From the IMG/VR virus record IMGVR_UViG_3300047557_002530: a stretch of 64,000 bases of DNA. One strand, written 5' to 3'. Each line of letters starts with the position of its first letter. The first letter of the stretch is position 1. This stretch comes from a virus (lineage: Duplodnaviria; Caudoviricetes). Under the pieces are notes generated by a model. The model was not told the origin of the DNA. It saw only the letters and a program-made list of their open reading frames with translations, and did no database searches. Below, in pieces: positions 37,660 to 47,755 of the stretch. The position numbers were made by a program, and so were the translations under genes.

Positions 37660-38534
37660 AAAAAATAGCAGTTTCTACTTGGTGTACTGATGATTATGCA
37701 GTCCATCTAAGACCAGATAGGTTGCAAAAACTAATTAATCACTTTCATCCAGAAATAGATTTTCATATTTTTGGAACAGAGGATACGAAAAATATAACAA
37801 AAGAATATTCTTGGCTTGGTGCCGAAAATGTTAGATTTTCTGATTGGATGATGGTAGCGACTTGTCTTCCTCTTGTTGAAGACTATGATATGGTTATTCA
37901 TATTGATGCGGACTCTTTTTGTATTGGCAGTCTTGATAAAGTTATTAATTCAAATGCAGAATTAATAGGAGTCAGAAACAATAACTTCTTTGGTAAAGCT
38001 GGGTCCGCACAACCATGTATAAGTCCTTTCTACGAACCCTATGGTGATGGTGGAATTATAGGAGTGAATGAATTTCTTAATGCGGGATTTATTGCTTCAA
38101 ATGATAAGCAGTTTTGGTATGAGTGGAGAGACTTTAATAAGTTTGTTGCTGAACAAAGTGATGGTAGAACCTTTACATATAAACCATGGCCTTTGATTCG
38201 CAATGAACAAGATACTTGGAATCATATATTTCACGCAAAAGATAAGTATACAAGTGAGATAGTTGATAGAGAGGGGAGTGGTGTGACTTATGGTATAGTT
38301 AATCAGTGGGGAGAAAAAGAACATTGTGAGAGTTGGAAAAATCTTTATATAAAAGATAATTCAGTTTACATTGATCATCCAATTACTGGAGAACCACTTA
38401 GAACAAGTATACTTCATGCTGCTGGTGTTGGAACAATGGAAACCATTAAACAATATGGTGATCATTATAACTGGTTATATGGTATAATTAAACCAGAAGT
38501 ACGCGACTACATTCAAACAATTTTAGGAGAATAA
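37656..38534 (+). CDS. Nucleotide-diphospho-sugar transferase (GT-A, GT8-like)
   Basis: HIDAD DxD motif, LNAGF, NEQD. Confidence 0.7.
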   Translation: MKKIAVSTWCTDDYAVHLRPDRLQKLINHFHPEIDFHIFGTEDTKNITKEYSWLGAENVRFSDWMMVATCLPLVEDYDMVIHIDADSFCIGSLDKVINSNAELIGVRNNNFFGKAGSAQPCISPFYEPYGDGGIIGVNEFLNAGFIASNDKQFWYEWRDFNKFVAEQSDGRTFTYKPWPLIRNEQDTWNHIFHAKDKYTSEIVDREGSGVTYGIVNQWGEKEHCESWKNLYIKDNSVYIDHPITGEPLRTSILHAAGVGTMETIKQYGDHYNWLYGIIKPEVRDYIQTILGE

Positions 38535-38535
38535 A

Positions 38536-39246
38536 ATGACAGTTATTTTAAAAACAATTAAAGATCTTGAGACATATGATCTTTCCAAATCTGAAAAGTT
38601 TTTGGAGCATCATAATACTCCTCATTCAAAAACAACTGCAATTCTTGAGCAGTTTCAAAACGGATTCTACTCATTTCTAGAGGATAACGAAGAGGTAGTC
38701 TTGGTAGACCTTGGGGCAAATATTGGATTGTTTTCTCTTTATATGAGTTCTATCTGTAAAGAAGTGTATGCAGTAGAGCCAACTCCATCTCATATTGAGA
38801 TTATGAAAGATCTTCTAAAAAAACTTAAAGTAAAAAATATCTTTCCACATCAAGTTGCGATTCATACGAAAAATGGCGAAGAACAATTTCAGTTGAACAG
38901 CAGCAATTCAACCATGAATTCTTTTCTTCGTCATGGTATTGATCCTGGTGGCACTGATAGTGTGATGGTTCCTACTACGACTCTTGCAGACTTCATTAAA
39001 AACACTGTGAAGAAGAGGGTCAATTTTGTTAAGATGGATATTGAAGGATTTGAGAATGTAGTAGTTCATGATCCATCATTTGAAGATGCTATCAAAGAAA
39101 TCGATGCCATTTATGTTGAGGTTCATGATTTTGAAGGTGTTGGTAAGATGGAAGAGAATGTGAATAAAGTTATTGAAAGACTTGAATCGCTTGGTAAAAA
39201 GACAATGAAACTCACTTATGATGGAGTTCTTGGTTATGATGGATGA
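38536..39246 (+). CDS. FkbM-family methyltransferase
   Basis: DLGANIG, AVEP, VKMDIEGFE. Confidence 0.88.
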   Translation: MTVILKTIKDLETYDLSKSEKFLEHHNTPHSKTTAILEQFQNGFYSFLEDNEEVVLVDLGANIGLFSLYMSSICKEVYAVEPTPSHIEIMKDLLKKLKVKNIFPHQVAIHTKNGEEQFQLNSSNSTMNSFLRHGIDPGGTDSVMVPTTTLADFIKNTVKKRVNFVKMDIEGFENVVVHDPSFEDAIKEIDAIYVEVHDFEGVGKMEENVNKVIERLESLGKKTMKLTYDGVLGYDG

Positions 39247-39859
39247 AAAATTATCTCAAAGACTTCTTGATATTTGTTATCGCAAACAACTTCATCACTT
39301 AGGAAGTTACTTTTCTTGTCTTGATTTGATTGACAAAATTTATAGTGAGATGAGTGAAAATGATATTTTCATTCTTTCAAATGGACACGCAGTAGTTTCT
39401 CTGTATGTTGTTCTTGAAAAATACTTTGGATTTAATGCCGAAGAACTTTTAGAAAAATATGGAGAACATCCAAAAAGAGATGAAAGTGTAAAACTTCATT
39501 GCTCAACTGGAAGTCTTGGTATGGGTATTACAGTTGCTGTAGGAAGAGCACTTGCAAATCCTAATCGTAATGTTTACTGTATGATTTCTGATGGTGAAGC
39601 AGCAGAAGGTTCTGTGTGGGAAGCATTGAGATTTGCTTATGAGAATAATCTGCACAATCTCAAAATCTATGTAAATGCAAATGGATGGGCTGCTTATGAT
39701 GCCGTTGACTTAGACTATCTTGAAAATAGGATTAAAGCATTCAATCCTCGGGTAAACTTTATCAGAACAACTGTAAATCATTATGGTCTAGAAGGTCTTC
39801 ATGCACATTATACAAACTTCAGTGAAGAACAATATAAATCTGCTTTGGAGGTGTTATGA
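39236..39859 (+). CDS. Transketolase-like, N-terminal ThDP-binding subunit
   Basis: HLGSYFS, LSNGH, TGSLGMG, SDGEAAEGSVWEA. Confidence 0.9.
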   Translation: MMDEKLSQRLLDICYRKQLHHLGSYFSCLDLIDKIYSEMSENDIFILSNGHAVVSLYVVLEKYFGFNAEELLEKYGEHPKRDESVKLHCSTGSLGMGITVAVGRALANPNRNVYCMISDGEAAEGSVWEALRFAYENNLHNLKIYVNANGWAAYDAVDLDYLENRIKAFNPRVNFIRTTVNHYGLEGLHAHYTNFSEEQYKSALEVL

Positions 39860-40326
39860 GAAGAACTTTTAGAGATTTATTGACTGCTGAAATGCGAGAG
39901 AATAATAATATTTCTCTCTTAGTTGGTGATGTGGGATATGGATTATTTGATGACTTAAGGAAAGAGTTTCCAAACAGAGTAATTAATCCAGGTGCTTCTG
40001 AACAACTTATGATTGGTATGGCAGTTGGTATGGCAATGGAAGGTATTATTCCTGTCGTATATTCTATTACTCCATTTGTTCTCTATCGTCCGTTTGAGTT
40101 TATCCGTAACTATGTAAATCACGAAAACATCCCTGTTAAACTTGTGGGTAGTGGTAGAGATGATGATTATGGAGTTTGTGGATTTTCTCATTATGCATGT
40201 GAAGATCAGCAAGTTCTTTCTCTATTTCCAAATATAAAAACCTTTAGACCTGAAAATAAAGAGGATATTGATATTAAAGAGTTTTTGTATAATTATTTTC
40301 CTTCTTATATTAACTTAAGTAGATGA
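39856..40326 (+). CDS. Transketolase-like, pyrimidine-binding subunit
   Basis: GDVG, NPGASEQLMIGMAVG, SHYACED. Confidence 0.88.
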   Translation: MRRTFRDLLTAEMRENNNISLLVGDVGYGLFDDLRKEFPNRVINPGASEQLMIGMAVGMAMEGIIPVVYSITPFVLYRPFEFIRNYVNHENIPVKLVGSGRDDDYGVCGFSHYACEDQQVLSLFPNIKTFRPENKEDIDIKEFLYNYFPSYINLSR

Positions 40327-41144
40327 ATATTCTTTTTACTGGACATCGTGGATTTTTGGGGAGAGAAGTTATACCACATCTCCTAAAAACTCACGATGTT
40401 TTTTATCCTGATATCGATTATACAAATAAAGAATCTGTTCAAATTTTCGTAAAAAAGAATAATATAGATTTTATTCTTCATGCTGCAATCAAAGGTGGTC
40501 GCAGAGTTCGTCAGGACATTCCTGACGATTTTTATGTAAATATGAAAATGTTTGAAAATCTTGCCGCACAAAAAGTTCCAATGATTAACTTTTGTAGTGG
40601 TGCTGCATTTGGCAGGCAAAAAGATATTTACCTCGCAGAAGAAAATCAAGTTGGTGAAATAATCCCAGAAGATTACTATGGATTTGCAAAGTCTCTTATA
40701 ACTCAGAGATGTCGTCAATTGGATAATGTTTATAACCTAAGATTTTTTAATGTCTTTGGTCCAGAAACTCCAGACAACATGTTTACTTCTGTCAATATAA
40801 AAAATTATATTGCCAAAAAAGAGATTGTTATTTTTAAAGATAAGTTTATGGATTTTTTCGGCATAAAAGACACTAAAAAAGTTATTGACTTATATCTAGA
40901 ATCAAAAGAAAATTTGCCAAAAGATGTTAACTTAGTTTATGAAACAAAAACAAAACTATCTGATGTTGCTAGGATCATAAACAATCTATCAGAATATGAA
41001 GTTCCTGTGAGTGTTCTAGAAGAAGGAATGGATAGGTCTTATTGTGGATCAGGTGAATTGTTAAAAACTTTTGAGATAGAGTTTGCTGGATTAGAAAACG
41101 AAATTGAGAACTGTTATGAACATTTTTGTAAACGGAACTTTTGA
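40323..41144 (+). CDS. NAD-dependent epimerase/dehydratase
   Basis: TGHRGFLG, LHAA, YGFAK, LRFFNVFG. Confidence 0.85.
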   Translation: MNILFTGHRGFLGREVIPHLLKTHDVFYPDIDYTNKESVQIFVKKNNIDFILHAAIKGGRRVRQDIPDDFYVNMKMFENLAAQKVPMINFCSGAAFGRQKDIYLAEENQVGEIIPEDYYGFAKSLITQRCRQLDNVYNLRFFNVFGPETPDNMFTSVNIKNYIAKKEIVIFKDKFMDFFGIKDTKKVIDLYLESKENLPKDVNLVYETKTKLSDVARIINNLSEYEVPVSVLEEGMDRSYCGSGELLKTFEIEFAGLENEIENCYEHFCKRNF

Positions 41145-41514
41145 TATTTTACATAGAGGTCACCTTGAACTTTTGAACTATGCAAAAAGTCTTGGTGACT
41201 ATTTGTGTGTTGGTATTGATACTGATGAAAGAGTAAAAGAAAAGAAGGGTCCTACGAGACCTATACATAATCAAGATGAAAGAAAATTTTTCCTAGAAAA
41301 TTTAAAGGCAGTAGATGAGGTAAGACTTTTTTCTAGTGATGAAGAACTTGAGGGTTTGGTAAAATCCTTTAAACCTGATATAATGGTTGTTGGTTCTGAC
41401 TGGAAAGATAAGTCTGTAATAGGTTCTTATTATGCTGCTGAATTAATATTCTTTGATAGGATAGGAGATTATGCCACTACAAAAACCATACAAGATATTA
41501 TTGATAGGCGATAG
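41116..41514 (+). CDS. RfaE/HldE domain II-like nucleotidyltransferase
   Basis: NGTFDILHRGH, KKGPTRP, VGSDW. Confidence 0.88.
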   Translation: MNIFVNGTFDILHRGHLELLNYAKSLGDYLCVGIDTDERVKEKKGPTRPIHNQDERKFFLENLKAVDEVRLFSSDEELEGLVKSFKPDIMVVGSDWKDKSVIGSYYAAELIFFDRIGDYATTKTIQDIIDRR

Positions 41515-42220
41515 TTGTATTGATGAATATGTTTATGGAACCTGCGAAAGATTAAATCCAGAAGCACCTGTTCCAATCCTTAAGTTTTATAGGAAGGAAA
41601 GTAAGAATGGAATGGCTTGGAATGTAAAAAATAATCTCCAAGCATTTGGTATAGAAGTCTATATGCTTACTAACAAGGAAAGAATAGTAAAAACCAGATA
41701 CATTGATGAAAAATATAATCAACAGATTTTACGAGTTGATGTAGAAAATATTCTTTCTCCTATGGAGTATGAAATACCGAATGAAACATATGATGCATTA
41801 GTTATTTCTGATTATGATAAGGGATTTATCACTCAACAAAAGTTGTTTGAATTAGTTTCTAATTCTAAAATTCCCGTATTTGTTGATAGTAAAAAAACCA
41901 TCCTTCCAGAGTCAAATTGTTTTATTAAAATTAACGATAATGAATCAAAACTATTAAAAAGTAAACATAATAATCTTATCGTTACTAGAGGTTCTAAAGG
42001 AGCGGAATATGATGGCGTAACTTATCCTGGAGAAAAAGTAAGTGTATTTGATGTTTGTGGAGCAGGTGATACATTTTTGTCTGCTTTAGTTTACTTTTAT
42101 CTAGAATATGGTACAATAGAAAAAGCAATACCTTATGCTAATAAAGCAGCTGCAATAGCAGTTCAAAACTTTGGAACTTATGTTTTAAGTGGAGATGACA
42201 TTAATGAAATACGTCGTTGA
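41471..42220 (+). CDS. RfaE/HldE domain I-like PfkB sugar kinase
   Basis: RLNPEAPVP, SDYDKG, DVCGAGDTF. Confidence 0.88.
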   Translation: MPLQKPYKILLIGDSCIDEYVYGTCERLNPEAPVPILKFYRKESKNGMAWNVKNNLQAFGIEVYMLTNKERIVKTRYIDEKYNQQILRVDVENILSPMEYEIPNETYDALVISDYDKGFITQQKLFELVSNSKIPVFVDSKKTILPESNCFIKINDNESKLLKSKHNNLIVTRGSKGAEYDGVTYPGEKVSVFDVCGAGDTFLSALVYFYLEYGTIEKAIPYANKAAAIAVQNFGTYVLSGDDINEIRR

Positions 42221-42527
42221 TATAGATGGAACTATTTGTGATAAAGATGAAGGTAAAGATTATGCATCTTCTGTACCAAAAAGAGATAGAATAAAAGTAA
42301 TTAATCAACTTTATGATGAAGGACATTATATCGTTTATCTTACTGCAAGAGGTATGGGTAGGTATGATAATAATGCAAAACTTGCAGAAGCAGATTTGAG
42401 ATATATAACAGAACTACAACTTAAAGAGTGGGGTTGTAAATATCATAAACTGTTTATGGGTAAACCTGCGGGTGATGTCTACATAGATGACAAAGGAATT
42501 AATGCAAATGACTTCTTCGGAAATTAA
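42204..42527 (+). CDS. HAD-family phosphatase (capsule biosynthesis type)
   Basis: VDIDGTI, TARG, GKP, YIDDK. Confidence 0.85.
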   Translation: MKYVVDIDGTICDKDEGKDYASSVPKRDRIKVINQLYDEGHYIVYLTARGMGRYDNNAKLAEADLRYITELQLKEWGCKYHKLFMGKPAGDVYIDDKGINANDFFGN

Positions 42528-42864
42528 ATTTGTCCCTAAAGGATGGGGATTCGAAAAATGGATTGTTAATTGTGAAGAGTACTGTGGAAAACTTCTTTAT
42601 TTTGTAAAGGGGAAAAGATGTTCTTGGCATTTTCATAAACTGAAAGATGAAGTTTTCTATTTACAATCTGGAAAAATTTTGTTAAAATATCATCATGAAG
42701 ATGATATTGCTTTGGCGCATGAACTAATCTTGGAAAAAGGTGATAGGTTTCATGTTTATCGTGGATTAAGACATCAAATGTTTGCTCTTGAGGATACTGA
42801 ACTTTTCGAATTCTCAACACAGCATTTCGATGAAGATAGTTATCGTGTAATTAAAGGAGATTGA
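42502..42864 (+). CDS. Cupin-fold sugar isomerase/epimerase
   Basis: KGWGFE, SWHFH...KDEVF, HQM, EFST. Confidence 0.78.
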   Translation: MQMTSSEIKFVPKGWGFEKWIVNCEEYCGKLLYFVKGKRCSWHFHKLKDEVFYLQSGKILLKYHHEDDIALAHELILEKGDRFHVYRGLRHQMFALEDTELFEFSTQHFDEDSYRVIKGD

Positions 42865-42865
42865 A

Positions 42866-44413
42866 ATGAGTTTTGAGATTAAGCTAGTTGAGGGAATGCA
42901 TCGTGGATTTCTCTCAAACTATCTTACTATTTTGACAAGTTTTAGAACACTTGAAAATAAAGGAATTGATTTAAATCAAGTCTGTGTTTCTCCATCAATG
43001 TTCATGTTGTATGGAACTGCAGATCATTGGTTTGATTCTTCTCGCGTATCTGATGATGCTAGTAAGGCATTTAATGCTCAAGATGGATGGGATTGTGATT
43101 ATCCTTGGGCATCTTTTAGAGACTTTGATTTGAATAAGTATCGTAAGTACTTACCTTATAATGAAAGAATGCAAACGAAGATTGATAGTATTCCTAAAGA
43201 AAAATATAAAAATGCTTTGGGTGTTCACTATCGAGGAACTGATGGTGTAGGGCATACTGAATTTGTCGCTATTGAAAAATACTTAAAGGCGACAGAAGAA
43301 GAGTTTAATACTGGTGAATATGATTGTATATTTCTTACAACAGACCAAAGTAATGTGATTGGTGAGTTTAAAAACTATTTTCCTGAGGTTACAATTCACT
43401 ATCATGATCACCAACGTACCATGAGTACTGCTGGTTTGCATTACTCTATTCAAGCAGAACCCAATAGTTCTGAAAGAATTCTTGCAGGTGATGAAGTTTT
43501 AATTGATGCAACTACGCTATCAATGTGTAAAACTATCATTGGTAAGTCTTCAAATATTACTAACTATGCACGTATTCTAAATCCTTATGTTGAAATTCTT
43601 TATCAAGATTTGAATACTAGTAATGACCACGGAGACCACGCAGACCTTAATAGTAGAGGCTACCTAGAAAGGTTTCCTCAAATCAGAGTAAAAGATATTC
43701 AACCCTTTATTTTTAACTGGAATCGTCAGTTTGAAAAAACTTGTGCAATTGAAGACGCATTAAAAGAAGTATTTGGTGAGGTTACAGTCATCAATAGTGA
43801 CGATAACAATACTAGAGAGGGGTGGATTAACCTTGGAGATTCTGCTTACTTCACATCTCAATTTACTAAGGCACTAGAACTTTTTAAGGATGATAAGAAG
43901 GTTTTACTTCATATTCAGGGAGATACTGAATATAATGATTGGAAACAACTTGTTGAAGATGCAAGAAAGTATTACAATCTTTATGAGTGGGGAGTCTATG
44001 CTCCAGATGTGACTAACGTTTGGTATACTCCAGATCAAACTGATATTGAAGGATTAGAATCTGAAGATCCTAATATTAAAATGGTTGCTTGTACTGATGA
44101 AACAGTATGGTTTATTCATAGAGATGTAATTGCTGATTTTCGTAAGAGAGATCTTTCGAAAATTATGACCCCAGAAACAATGAAAATGGGATGGGGATGG
44201 GATCTTGTAATGAATGCAATCTCTTTTATTATGAAGAGACCTGTAATTAGAGATTATAATCATCAAATCCAACACGCACAGGGAACAAACTATAATAAAG
44301 AGACTGCAGGACAAGAAATGGCAAATCTATGGAATGGTCTCCCTAGTGATCTAAAAGAATGTATCGCCTATATCAAAGGTGACAGAGAAAAAATCGTTAA
44401 GTATTTTGAGTGA
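42866..44413 (+). CDS. Two-domain glycosyltransferase (NodZ-like N-terminal domain plus second domain)
   Basis: GVHYRGTD, FLTTD, DATTLS; second domain INSDD...GWGWD. Confidence 0.6.
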   Translation: MSFEIKLVEGMHRGFLSNYLTILTSFRTLENKGIDLNQVCVSPSMFMLYGTADHWFDSSRVSDDASKAFNAQDGWDCDYPWASFRDFDLNKYRKYLPYNERMQTKIDSIPKEKYKNALGVHYRGTDGVGHTEFVAIEKYLKATEEEFNTGEYDCIFLTTDQSNVIGEFKNYFPEVTIHYHDHQRTMSTAGLHYSIQAEPNSSERILAGDEVLIDATTLSMCKTIIGKSSNITNYARILNPYVEILYQDLNTSNDHGDHADLNSRGYLERFPQIRVKDIQPFIFNWNRQFEKTCAIEDALKEVFGEVTVINSDDNNTREGWINLGDSAYFTSQFTKALELFKDDKKVLLHIQGDTEYNDWKQLVEDARKYYNLYEWGVYAPDVTNVWYTPDQTDIEGLESEDPNIKMVACTDETVWFIHRDVIADFRKRDLSKIMTPETMKMGWGWDLVMNAISFIMKRPVIRDYNHQIQHAQGTNYNKETAGQEMANLWNGLPSDLKECIAYIKGDREKIVKYFE

Positions 44414-45213
44414 TGGATAAAAACAAATCAGTATTTAAACTTAAAGGTCTTCCTCAGATCTATTGGTTAAATTTAGACGCAGATACTCATCGTCGTGAGT
44501 ATATGGAATCTCAATTTAAATATTGGGAGATTGAAAATCATACACGTATTTCTGGTTATGACGGTAGAGTTGATGATGTATCCTCTCATTTGAAAGGGAG
44601 GATCCCTGATAATGTGTCGCAAAATGAGTTGGGATGTTGTATGTCTCACCTTAAAGCAATACGTCATTTTTATGAGAATACAAATGATGACTATTGTTTG
44701 ATTTTGGAAGACGATGTAAACCTTGACATTGCCAAATACTGGAACTTTACCTGGTCGGAGTTTTTCTCACTTCTCCCATATGATTGGGATTGCGTACAAC
44801 TCACCACTATTTGTACGGGAGATATTCACGTAAAACTACACTTAAAGTTTATTAATGATTTTTCTGCAGCAATCTACTTGATCAGTAGACATCATGCTGC
44901 TAAACTTATGAAACACCATATTCGGGGTGAAAAATATAAACTTGACAATGGGGTAAAACCAAGAGCAGTTTCTGAAGACACTATTTTGGAAACGGGAAAA
45001 ACGTATACGATTCCATTGTTCTTGTATAACTTGGATATGGGATCTGCTATTCATACTGACCACCTTAATATTTTCCATAAAGGTCCTCATGATGCTTTAT
45101 TAAACTGGTGGCAACAGTCTGGAGCAGATGTTGATATTAGAGAATATATGAATTATGATCCATATCTGGGTAGGATAACTGAAAATTCTGCCGCCCAATC
45201 CCAAAATGCTTGA
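44410..45213 (+). CDS. Glycosyltransferase family 25
   Basis: YWLNLD...RR, ELGCCMSHL, ILEDD. Confidence 0.88.
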   Translation: MMDKNKSVFKLKGLPQIYWLNLDADTHRREYMESQFKYWEIENHTRISGYDGRVDDVSSHLKGRIPDNVSQNELGCCMSHLKAIRHFYENTNDDYCLILEDDVNLDIAKYWNFTWSEFFSLLPYDWDCVQLTTICTGDIHVKLHLKFINDFSAAIYLISRHHAAKLMKHHIRGEKYKLDNGVKPRAVSEDTILETGKTYTIPLFLYNLDMGSAIHTDHLNIFHKGPHDALLNWWQQSGADVDIREYMNYDPYLGRITENSAAQSQNA

Positions 45214-45306
45214 CACTCTTTTGGTTTCTCATTATACTAAATAAGTACTTAAGAATTCTGTTGTAATTCTTAACCTTTGTCCTATAGTACAAACAAAAAC
45301 AAATCT

Positions 45307-46773
45307 ATGAAATTCTTTCAACAACTGATGCTTGCACCTGTTGCTCTGGGAATGGTTGCTCCTGCTGCGATGGCGGCAGATCTTAATATGAGTGGAGTTA
45401 ACCAATATTCTTCAGATCAAGTTACAAGCGTCACTCAATTTTCTGATGTTCGTCCTACTGATTGGGCATATCAAGCACTCAGCAATCTTGTAGAGCGTTA
45501 TGGTTGCGTTGCTGGTTATCCTAATGGCACCTTCCGTGGTGAGCGTGCAATGACTCGTTATGAGGCAGCAGCACTTCTTAATGCTTGCCTAGATCGTGTA
45601 ACTGAAGTTACCGATGAACTTAAGCGTCTCCAAGCAGAGTTTGCACAAGAACTTGCTGTTCTTCGTGGTCGTGTAGACAAACTGGAAGCACAAGTTACAA
45701 CTCTTGAGGCACAACAATTCTCCACCACTACCAAACTTCGTGGTGAAGCAAACTTTGTTCTTGGTGGTGTTGATAACTACCAAACTAAAGGTGGTGATGT
45801 AACTCATACCGCATTCAACTATGATCTGCGTCTAAACCTGGATACTTCGTTCACTGGCGCTGATCTTCTCCGCACTCGTCTGCGTTCTTCTAACTTCAGC
45901 AGCAATCCTTTCGGTTCCAGTTCTTCAATCTTTAAGCTGGATAAAGCAGACAACACTGTTAGTGAAGTTGGCAACAACGTAGTTATTGACCGTCTGTATT
46001 ATCAGTTCCCTGTGTTCAACGGTAGCACTACCTTGACTGCTGGTGCTCTGGTTCGTAACACTGAAATGTCCTGGATTCCTACTGCTTATAAGTCAAACAT
46101 TCTTGACTTCTTTGCTGTTGCTGGTGCTCCTGGCGTTTATAACAAGGCAACTGGTTCTGGTTTCGGTATCCAGTATGGCAAGAAAGGTCTTGTTGCTGGT
46201 GTAAACTATGTGGCACAGAATGGTGCTGATAGTTCTACTGGTGAGTTTGACAAGTCTGGTGCTCTTAACACCTTGGCGCAGATTGGTTATCGTGGTACTA
46301 ATTGGGGTGCTGCATTTGGTTATCGTTATGGTACTGAAGGCACTCGTGTTCGCACCTACAATGGTCTGAATGGTGCATCTGGTGCCCTGGTTCCAGGACA
46401 AACCTCTAATGGTTATGCTATCAACGCATACTGGCAACCTACTCAATCTGGTTGGGTTCCCTCTATCTCTGGCGGTTATGGCTGGAACACTGTAAGTGGT
46501 ACTCAAAGTGCTGCTACCAACAGTCAGTCCTGGTTTGCTGGTCTGACTTGGGATGATGTGTTTGTTGATGGTAACTCTGCTGGCGTTGCTATCGGTCAGG
46601 CACCCACTGGTTCCGACCTAGAAAAGGCAACTATGCTTGAGATCTTCTACAAGTATCAAGTATCTGATAACATCAGCGTCACTCCTGCTATCATCTATGG
46701 TAGCGATAATCAACGTCTGGTTGGTAACTCTTCCAATTGGGGAGGAGTTGTGCAAACAACCTTCAAGTTCTGA
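45307..46773 (+). CDS. Cyanobacterial-type outer-membrane porin (SLH domain plus OprB-like barrel)
   Basis: Signal peptide; FSDVRPTDWAYQALSNLVERYGC; FSTTTKLRGE; C-terminal QTTFKF. Confidence 0.92.
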   Translation: MKFFQQLMLAPVALGMVAPAAMAADLNMSGVNQYSSDQVTSVTQFSDVRPTDWAYQALSNLVERYGCVAGYPNGTFRGERAMTRYEAAALLNACLDRVTEVTDELKRLQAEFAQELAVLRGRVDKLEAQVTTLEAQQFSTTTKLRGEANFVLGGVDNYQTKGGDVTHTAFNYDLRLNLDTSFTGADLLRTRLRSSNFSSNPFGSSSSIFKLDKADNTVSEVGNNVVIDRLYYQFPVFNGSTTLTAGALVRNTEMSWIPTAYKSNILDFFAVAGAPGVYNKATGSGFGIQYGKKGLVAGVNYVAQNGADSSTGEFDKSGALNTLAQIGYRGTNWGAAFGYRYGTEGTRVRTYNGLNGASGALVPGQTSNGYAINAYWQPTQSGWVPSISGGYGWNTVSGTQSAATNSQSWFAGLTWDDVFVDGNSAGVAIGQAPTGSDLEKATMLEIFYKYQVSDNISVTPAIIYGSDNQRLVGNSSNWGGVVQTTFKF

Positions 46774-47649
46774 TAATCTACTTATAAGTGAATTGGACCA
46801 CCTCAAAGGGGTGGTCTTTTTTTATATATAAATACCTAAAAAGTATTAGTAAGATGGACGCACAAGATTTTCGTAGTCTTCAAGAAGCATACTTGGATGT
46901 TTATGAAAGTTCTATTGGGAATAGAGCAAGAAATGCTGTTGCTGATGATAGACTTTCTGCAGACCAACAAAGTACAGATGCTTCAATGAATAAACTTAGA
47001 GCACAAGACAGGAGACATAAAAAGAGCACTGCTTTAGCAAGAGCACAAGCAACAATTGCTGCAGGGAAATCAGAAAATACGGCAAGAGCAATGCATCCAA
47101 ACCCAGGAGTTGGTGGTTATCGCATGGAACAAGCAGACTCCTACGACATCATCCTTTCACATTTACTTGATGAAAGATATGCAGAAACTATTGAAAGTGC
47201 AGAAGCAATTATGGTAAATATGAGTGAAGAGTGGAGACAAGATATTATGGAAAAAGAAAATAGTGAATATGAAAGAGCATCTGATGCAGCATTAGATTCA
47301 AGATATGGATATGGTAGAGCATCTGGTGATAAGCGTTCTTTCGGTAGAGCAGCAAATCGTTCGTCTGCTGCCGCAGCTCTTCGTGCTTTAAGAAGAGGTA
47401 AAAGAAGTGGTAGTGGAACTTCTACAGAAGCAGGCGCTGATGCAGTTCATCAAGGTTGGGCAAGAACTGCTAAAACAAGCACAGACCAAACACCAGAAAA
47501 GAAAGAAAGAAGAGCAAAACTTGCAAATACTCCATATTCACAACTTCCAGACGATGAAAAAGAAAAAGACAGAGTTTCTTTTAATGCTGTGAAGGCAGTT
47601 TATAAGAATAGAAATAGATAATCCACTTATAAGTGAATTAGATCACTTC
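46772..47649 (+). repeat. 33-nt direct repeat (46772-46804 and 47617-47649), each running into a terminator, flanking one gene
   Basis: GATAATCTACTTATAAGTGAATTGGACCACCTC vs GATAATCCACTTATAAGTGAATTAGATCACTTC, 29/33 identical. Confidence 0.8.
46854..47621 (+). CDS. Putative internal protein with RyR-like C-terminal motif
   Basis: LQEAYLDVY leader; YDIILSHLLDERYA...AEAIMVNMSEEW; AVHQGW...PYSQLPDDEKEKDR. Confidence 0.55.
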   Translation: MDAQDFRSLQEAYLDVYESSIGNRARNAVADDRLSADQQSTDASMNKLRAQDRRHKKSTALARAQATIAAGKSENTARAMHPNPGVGGYRMEQADSYDIILSHLLDERYAETIESAEAIMVNMSEEWRQDIMEKENSEYERASDAALDSRYGYGRASGDKRSFGRAANRSSAAAALRALRRGKRSGSGTSTEAGADAVHQGWARTAKTSTDQTPEKKERRAKLANTPYSQLPDDEKEKDRVSFNAVKAVYKNRNR

Positions 47650-47674
47650 TTTTTTGAAGTGATCTTTTTTATTG

Positions 47675-47715
47675 TTTAATGAAAACCTTAACCAAATCTT
47701 AGTTGACCTTAAGAT
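47675..47715 (+). promoter_or_regulatory. Candidate Pho box upstream of pstS
   Basis: Tandem YTTAA-like units (TTTAAT, CTTAAC, CTTAGT, CTTAAG) at 10-12 nt spacing. Confidence 0.45.
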
Positions 47716-47755
47716 TGTCTTCTAGTATTATTACTTACGAAGTTATTCACTTTTT

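Noticed and set aside
39236-40326. Frameshifted single transketolase
   Set aside because: ATGA overlap, own RBS-like context and no slippery site; split subunits are a normal arrangement
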